Below are positions 59,980 to 64,000 of a DNA stretch of 64,000 bases, one piece after another. Made by a program: the position numbers and the translations under genes. This DNA is from a virus (Duplodnaviria > Caudoviricetes), in the IMG/VR virus record IMGVR_UViG_3300005544_000001, positions 1 through 64,000 of that record. One strand, 5' to 3'. Within the stretch, counting starts at the first letter, position 1; each line of letters opens with the position of its first letter. The notes below the pieces were generated by a model. It worked only from the letters and a program-made list of their open reading frames with translations, was not told the DNA's origin and made no database searches.

Positions 59980-60013
59980 AGAGTCGTGAGGCCGCGCCGA
60001 ATTGTCAAGCGGT
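59980..60013 (-). promoter_or_regulatory. Sigma70-like promoter, back-to-back with a plus-strand TTGACT at 60017
   Basis: CCGCTTGACA at 60013-60004, 18 nt spacer, GACTCT, then ATG 6 nt later. Confidence 0.55.
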
Positions 60014-60034
60014 TGTTGACTTACATCGGAAATC

Positions 60035-60241
60035 GTGGACACTCGCCAAATGTCGAAACGCCACAAGATCAAATCCGCGCAGGTAACGAAGGAGGGGAAG
60101 GATTACGAGACCGACCTGAGTCAAAAGAAATTAACGGACCAAGAGATCCGCGATCACTTGCCAGCCGTTTGGAAAGAAAGAGCGGAAGCTGGAAAACGTG
60201 CCGTGTCCGTCCCAATTCCCGGCAGCGACCATTATACTTGA
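60035..60241 (+). CDS. Small hypothetical protein
   Basis: MSKRHKIKSAQVTKEGKDYETDL..., probably from the internal ATG. Confidence 0.5.
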   Translation: MDTRQMSKRHKIKSAQVTKEGKDYETDLSQKKLTDQEIRDHLPAVWKERAEAGKRAVSVPIPGSDHYT

Positions 60242-60383
60242 CCCCATGAACCGCGTCGCTACGCTGGTTTTATGCAGCAGTTGTCTGTCACTTTCATCGT
60301 CCCCGCTAATCCGTCAACGGGTTGCTTCTCGCGTGCGAACGCGGACTGCTGCATGGCGGGGGCGATGTTTTACAAAATGCAGC

Positions 60384-60845
60384 ATGAAGACAATACCACT
60401 CACTCAAGGAAAGTTCGCAATCGTCGATGACGAGGATTTTGAATGGTTAAGCAGTTATAGCTGGTCTTTCCACCACGCGGGTTACGCACAGCGTGGCGAT
60501 ATAAGCGGCGGTAAATTGCGCATGGTTTTTATGCACCGGCAAATTCTCGGCACTCCAAAAGGGGTTGACACCGATCACGTTAACGGAGATGGGCTAGATA
60601 ACCGAAAGTCCAATTTAAGAAAAGCCACGAGATCTGAAAATCTCTACAACCAAGGAGTGCCGGCTCACAACACCACCGGATTTAAGGGCGTATGCTTCAA
60701 TAAACGGTGCGGTAAATTTCAGGCTGAGATCCGGGTTTCTGGAAAGCCCCGACGCCTTGGTCTATTTGTAACCAAGGAAGAAGCCCATGCCGCATATTGC
60801 ATGGCTGCGAAAAAGCTGCACGGAAAATTCGCAAGACTCAAGTAA
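60384..60845 (+). CDS. HNH endonuclease with AP2 domain
   Basis: MKTIPLTQGKFAIVDDEDF, TDHVNGDGLDNRKSNLR, TGFKGVCF...FQAEI...LGLF. Paralogue of 24623-25180. Confidence 0.9.
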   Translation: MKTIPLTQGKFAIVDDEDFEWLSSYSWSFHHAGYAQRGDISGGKLRMVFMHRQILGTPKGVDTDHVNGDGLDNRKSNLRKATRSENLYNQGVPAHNTTGFKGVCFNKRCGKFQAEIRVSGKPRRLGLFVTKEEAHAAYCMAAKKLHGKFARLK

Positions 60846-61225
60846 TGTCCAATTTCTTCGCAGACTGGACGCCAGAGAAAGTCCGCCAGCACAATGAGCG
60901 CGTTAAAACTCGTCATCCAGGGAATCGGCAGGCCGTCCTCTTTCAAGAACTCGAAGATGATTTGCCAGCCGAAAGGATACAGCCGTCCAATTCTGATTAC
61001 CGACCCGAAGATCCGAAAGTGGATGGACAAGGCAACCCGTCTTATCGAATCGCAGTTACGGTCCTGGTTAGCGACTACAGGGACCTCGACCTCGACGGAT
61101 GCGGAAGTACGATCCAGGATTGTATCATCGCTGCCGTTGGAAGACTCTTACGTTTGGGTCGAGTCGATCTCCGTAAACTGGCGAAGAGTCAGGAAAGGCG
61201 AAGAGGGCGCCGAAATCGTGATTGA
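60845..61225 (+). CDS. ORF carrying a RusA-like catalytic segment
   Basis: RIAVTVLVSDYRDLDLDGCGSTIQDCI. TAATG-coupled to the HNH gene. Confidence 0.5.
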   Translation: MSNFFADWTPEKVRQHNERVKTRHPGNRQAVLFQELEDDLPAERIQPSNSDYRPEDPKVDGQGNPSYRIAVTVLVSDYRDLDLDGCGSTIQDCIIAAVGRLLRLGRVDLRKLAKSQERRRGRRNRD

Positions 61226-61244
61226 GCGCGTGGCGCCTCAGTGA
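60894..61244 (+). CDS. ORF carrying RusA-like N- and C-terminal segments
   Basis: LVIQGIGRPSSFKNSK...ITDPKIRKWMDKA and PLEDSYVWVESISV...GEEGAEIVIE. Confidence 0.55.
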   Translation: MSALKLVIQGIGRPSSFKNSKMICQPKGYSRPILITDPKIRKWMDKATRLIESQLRSWLATTGTSTSTDAEVRSRIVSSLPLEDSYVWVESISVNWRRVRKGEEGAEIVIERVAPQ

Positions 61245-61645
61245 CCCTTGTTCCCGTAGCCGTGCCCGGGCGGAAACTTCGGGATGGAAGGCGGGGATGG
61301 CGGGAGGTTGACTTCAATGTCCGCGGTCGAACTGACCGAACCTCCGTCGTGATGGTCGGGCCGGATGAGCGCGCCGGCAGCTGCGATGCCTCCGCCCGTC
61401 GCTGCGCCAGGCACGAGTCCAGGACCGGAGAATGCGTGGGGAAGAGTCCAGTTGGTCGTGCCGGCAGGACGAAGCGCGACGACGGTTACCGAGGGGGCAA
61501 AGAAGCCAGTGGAGCGATAGGCGCGGATCTCAGCGCCGTCGGGCAGTTTGGCCTTGCTGTAGGTCATGGGCCCCACGCAGCCGACGAGCAGGAGATTGAC
61601 GAGCGCCAGGAAGGTAAGGGCGATAAGCACGAATCGGTTTCGCAT
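61238..61645 (-). CDS. Lipoprotein
   Basis: MRNRFVLIALTFLALVNLLLVG-C lipobox. Confidence 0.7.
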   Translation of the reverse strand: MRNRFVLIALTFLALVNLLLVGCVGPMTYSKAKLPDGAEIRAYRSTGFFAPSVTVVALRPAGTTNWTLPHAFSGPGLVPGAATGGGIAAAGALIRPDHHDGGSVSSTADIEVNLPPSPPSIPKFPPGHGYGNKGH

Positions 61646-61754
61646 GGTGGCGAAAGTAGGATGGACTCTGCGGCGCAGGCAAGGGTAATCTCGGGGCATG
61701 AACCATCCAGGTTTTAAAGCGGCAGCCCGATCGATCGCACGACGTGAAGGTTAC

Positions 61755-62087
61755 TCACTCAGCCGGGCCAACAGGATTCTGGCTGCAGGTGCCCGCGGTG
61801 CCAGCAAGGCTGCCGTTCGGCGCAATCCCAGGCTGCTGCGGGTCCGCCGCGGTCGGCGATAGCGTGAACTCGACGGGGAACTTGTATTGCTCGGACTTCC
61901 CTTCCCACGCGGTGTAGGCGCCGACGCCGCGGGCGACGAGCGCCTCGACGGTCGTGGTGCCGAACCATTTCGAGTAGGTGAGAACCTTCTTTGCCCAGAA
62001 CCCGCCCGGGTGACGGATGAGTTTCCCGTCGTTGGTGCGCGCGAAGTCGATCGCGTCGCGCATGGTCTTCGAGAGTTTCGGAGTCAT
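61755..62087 (-). CDS. Hypothetical protein
   Basis: MTPKLSKTMRDAIDFAR...HPGGFW. ATGA-coupled. Confidence 0.55.
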   Translation of the reverse strand: MTPKLSKTMRDAIDFARTNDGKLIRHPGGFWAKKVLTYSKWFGTTTVEALVARGVGAYTAWEGKSEQYKFPVEFTLSPTAADPQQPGIAPNGSLAGTAGTCSQNPVGPAE

Positions 62088-63082
62088 GCTGATGCAAGTT
62101 GCCCGATTTTCTGGATCGGAAACTGTTTGATGTTCCAAACGCCGTCAGGAAGTCGTCCCTGCCGACCGTCGTACATCGAGCAATCCTGTTTCACGTAGCA
62201 AGGAACGACCGCGATTGCGCACTGAGCCGCAATGTCGATAATCGCCTCTGCCCCGCAATCACGCCTATTCGCGCCACTCTCGCCGCCAACGATCACCCAG
62301 TCTACTTTCGGTCCGCGGGAAGGTTCTTTGCCAAGCGCCGTATAATCGCAGTGCGGAACATGCACGGGACTGCCTGTCCAATCCCAGCAGAGCCCCATGC
62401 CGTCGTCGTGGCCTTTGTTAGCGGACAGATCAACCTCTTCCAAGAGTGGCTCAACGCTCAGAAATCGAACGGCCGCCGGCGTCGCCAGCAACTGAGGGAT
62501 CCTCTCGTTGGCTCGCTTCTGATCTTCAACAGAGACGCCGAGCCAGAGGTTTGGCGGCGGGATCGGATTTGTCTTTCGCGTCCAGCGAACGATCATGTCC
62601 ATGGCTGCGCGCGCTGTGTCCCATGCAGCCATGACGCGCTCTTCCCAAAGCTCGATGCGCTTCGTTAGCATGAGCACGTCCACGTTCGGAGCGTCGTTGA
62701 TGGCGCCCAGACAATCCGCCAGCGTCTCGGGCATCCACGCACGATCCAGCCAATCGGAGTTGCTGTCGGCGAACAAACGGATCCTGCGGAACAGTCCTCC
62801 GCATTCGCAAACACCGCGCAGAACGAGTCGAGCAAACGGCGCTGTCTCTCCGCACAGGTCGCAGATGCAAAGCTTGTTCAGCCGGCGGATCTTCTTGGCG
62901 AACTCAGCCACTGGATACCGCGTTGCGTTTGGTCCCCAAGTCTCGATTCCGCGGTGACGCAGCACTCGAGCGCGCGTCCCTACTTGGGCGTAACAGTTCT
63001 TGCAACCAGGGCTCACCTTGTCACAGCCAGTCACGGCATTGGTCGTATCATCGCACCAGCCTATCGGATTCGTGAGTTTCAT
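62084..63082 (-). CDS. DUF5131 (phage Gp37/Gp68) family protein
   Basis: IGWCDDTTNAVTGCDKVSPGCKNCYA, LTKR, WLGVSVEDQ, RFLSVEPLL, DWVIVGGESG. Confidence 0.92.
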   Translation of the reverse strand: MKLTNPIGWCDDTTNAVTGCDKVSPGCKNCYAQVGTRARVLRHRGIETWGPNATRYPVAEFAKKIRRLNKLCICDLCGETAPFARLVLRGVCECGGLFRRIRLFADSNSDWLDRAWMPETLADCLGAINDAPNVDVLMLTKRIELWEERVMAAWDTARAAMDMIVRWTRKTNPIPPPNLWLGVSVEDQKRANERIPQLLATPAAVRFLSVEPLLEEVDLSANKGHDDGMGLCWDWTGSPVHVPHCDYTALGKEPSRGPKVDWVIVGGESGANRRDCGAEAIIDIAAQCAIAVVPCYVKQDCSMYDGRQGRLPDGVWNIKQFPIQKIGQLASA

Positions 63083-63339
63083 GCGCTCGCCCTTTTCCCG
63101 TTCATCAGTTCAACGATCTCGCGTGATGTCATCTCGATCGCCCCGTTCTTGATCGCCTCGGTCCGCTTGCTCAGGCACACGTCGAAGTGCTCCTTGCTTG
63201 TGCCCTTTTTCTGGAGCCACCGGTGCGCCACGCCTATCTTCGTCGCCATAGCCAAAAGTTCCTCCGTCGTGTCGGCCGCCATGTGGCACATCTGCATCCG
63301 CCCGAATCGCGCCCGGAAATCGTCCACGTAGACACTCAT
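63079..63339 (-). CDS. DUF4031 family protein
   Basis: MSVYVDD...MCHMAADTTEELLAMA..IG...HFDV...R..AI..GA. Confidence 0.85.
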   Translation of the reverse strand: MSVYVDDFRARFGRMQMCHMAADTTEELLAMATKIGVAHRWLQKKGTSKEHFDVCLSKRTEAIKNGAIEMTSREIVELMNGKRASA

Positions 63340-63524
63340 AAATCGTCTCTGATTTTGAGTGCATGAACGAAGGTTTGCCACGCGATGTCCTCAAGCAGCG
63401 CAAGCTCGGGCAGCGTCAGCCGGTTTTGCAATGCAAGAGCGCGAGGGCGAAGTTTCTTATCCCAAAGCTCGGCGAAGTCGCGGCGGGCGGCTTCCATCTG
63501 TTCGGAGTGATGACTTATATTCAT
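63336..63524 (-). CDS. Small hypothetical protein
   Basis: 62 aa ORF coupled between dnaB and the DUF4031 gene. Confidence 0.55.
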   Translation of the reverse strand: MNISHHSEQMEAARRDFAELWDKKLRPRALALQNRLTLPELALLEDIAWQTFVHALKIRDDL

Positions 63525-64000
63525 TCAACCTTGCTCTTGTTTTTGAATCTCAACGTTCGCTCATCGAACAGTAGTGAAACCGACGATGGTCCTGCGTTTC
63601 TGGACTTGGGTATCAGAAGGTTGCGATCATTGTTTACACGATCCAGTAAAATCACGGTGTCAGCCTCGGCCTCGATGGCCTTCGAGTCGGCAAGATCTGA
63701 CATGCGTGGGCCCCTAGGTTTCTTTCCTTTGTCGATCTCCCGGTTGAGTTGCGCCAAACACACAAGTGCGACATCTGACATCACTGCAGCGTGCCTTAAT
63801 CGCTTGCAGGTGTCACCGATGCCGTACGTGTTTTTGTCGTGCTTCCCGACGCTCGAAATTTTCTGAAGGTAATCGACGACGACGAACTTTACCCCGTGTT
63901 GCCGGGCGTGCCTGCGCATCGACGCAGCGACCTCGGCTGACGACATGCCTCCAGTTGCTTCGATAATGAATAGCGGCGCCTTTGAAATCCTCGCGTTACT
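63521..64000 (-). CDS. dnaB: DnaB-like replicative helicase, C-terminal part (runs off the right edge)
   Basis: PLFII, VVVDYLQ, CLAQLNRE, PRMSDLADSKAIEAEADTVILL, KSRNAG. Frame open to the window end. Confidence 0.92.
   Translation of the reverse strand, partial: SNARISKAPLFIIEATGGMSSAEVAASMRRHARQHGVKFVVVDYLQKISSVGKHDKNTYGIGDTCKRLRHAAVMSDVALVCLAQLNREIDKGKKPRGPRMSDLADSKAIEAEADTVILLDRVNNDRNLLIPKSRNAGPSSVSLLFDERTLRFKNKSKVE

Noticed and set aside
1-64000. tRNA, rRNA, att sites and IS elements
   Set aside because: No cloverleaf, rRNA-like tract, transposase or flanking core repeat was recognised by eye. A tRNAscan/Infernal run would be needed to exclude small RNAs fully.

Overview
The whole 64 kb window is the genome of a tailed dsDNA phage or prophage with a podovirus-like gene set. 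I see no tape measure, sheath or tail tube. The window holds an inverted terminase large subunit, portal, scaffold, a large capsid protein, tail adaptor/nozzle/fibre genes, a lysis cassette and three ejection-type proteins. One of these is a ~3,650 aa polyvalent protein with InPase-like, adenine MTase and Strawberry-notch helicase domains. Leftward accessory and replication genes follow, including a tyrosine recombinase, DUF5131 and a truncated DnaB. The best candidate for a little-described system is at 18,843-20,184. There a promoter and a structured leader precede a small Cas7/RAMP-like gene (19,049-19,681). The gene is followed directly by a ~500 nt non-coding array of about 81 in-register pentamers of the form GGY-NN (62 exact GGY). 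The array is cut into four tracts, two of the breaks being GAAA-tetraloop hairpins, and closed by a strong hairpin. This looks like a minimal phage RNA-guided system in which the information sits in variable dinucleotides rather than in CRISPR spacers. From memory it resembles the recently reported VIPR architecture, which should be checked. Other notable points: a 7 kb glycan/methylation cluster inside the structural module; three large signal-peptide-bearing, Thr-Asn-rich tail-like proteins; several dual-frame genes (two-frame C5 MTase, RusA motifs split over two frames, two ORFs overprinted in the giant gene); and eight copies of an extended -35 motif, CCGCTTGACA, ahead of apparently leaderless accessory genes. 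All family assignments come from motif recognition by eye, not database searches.
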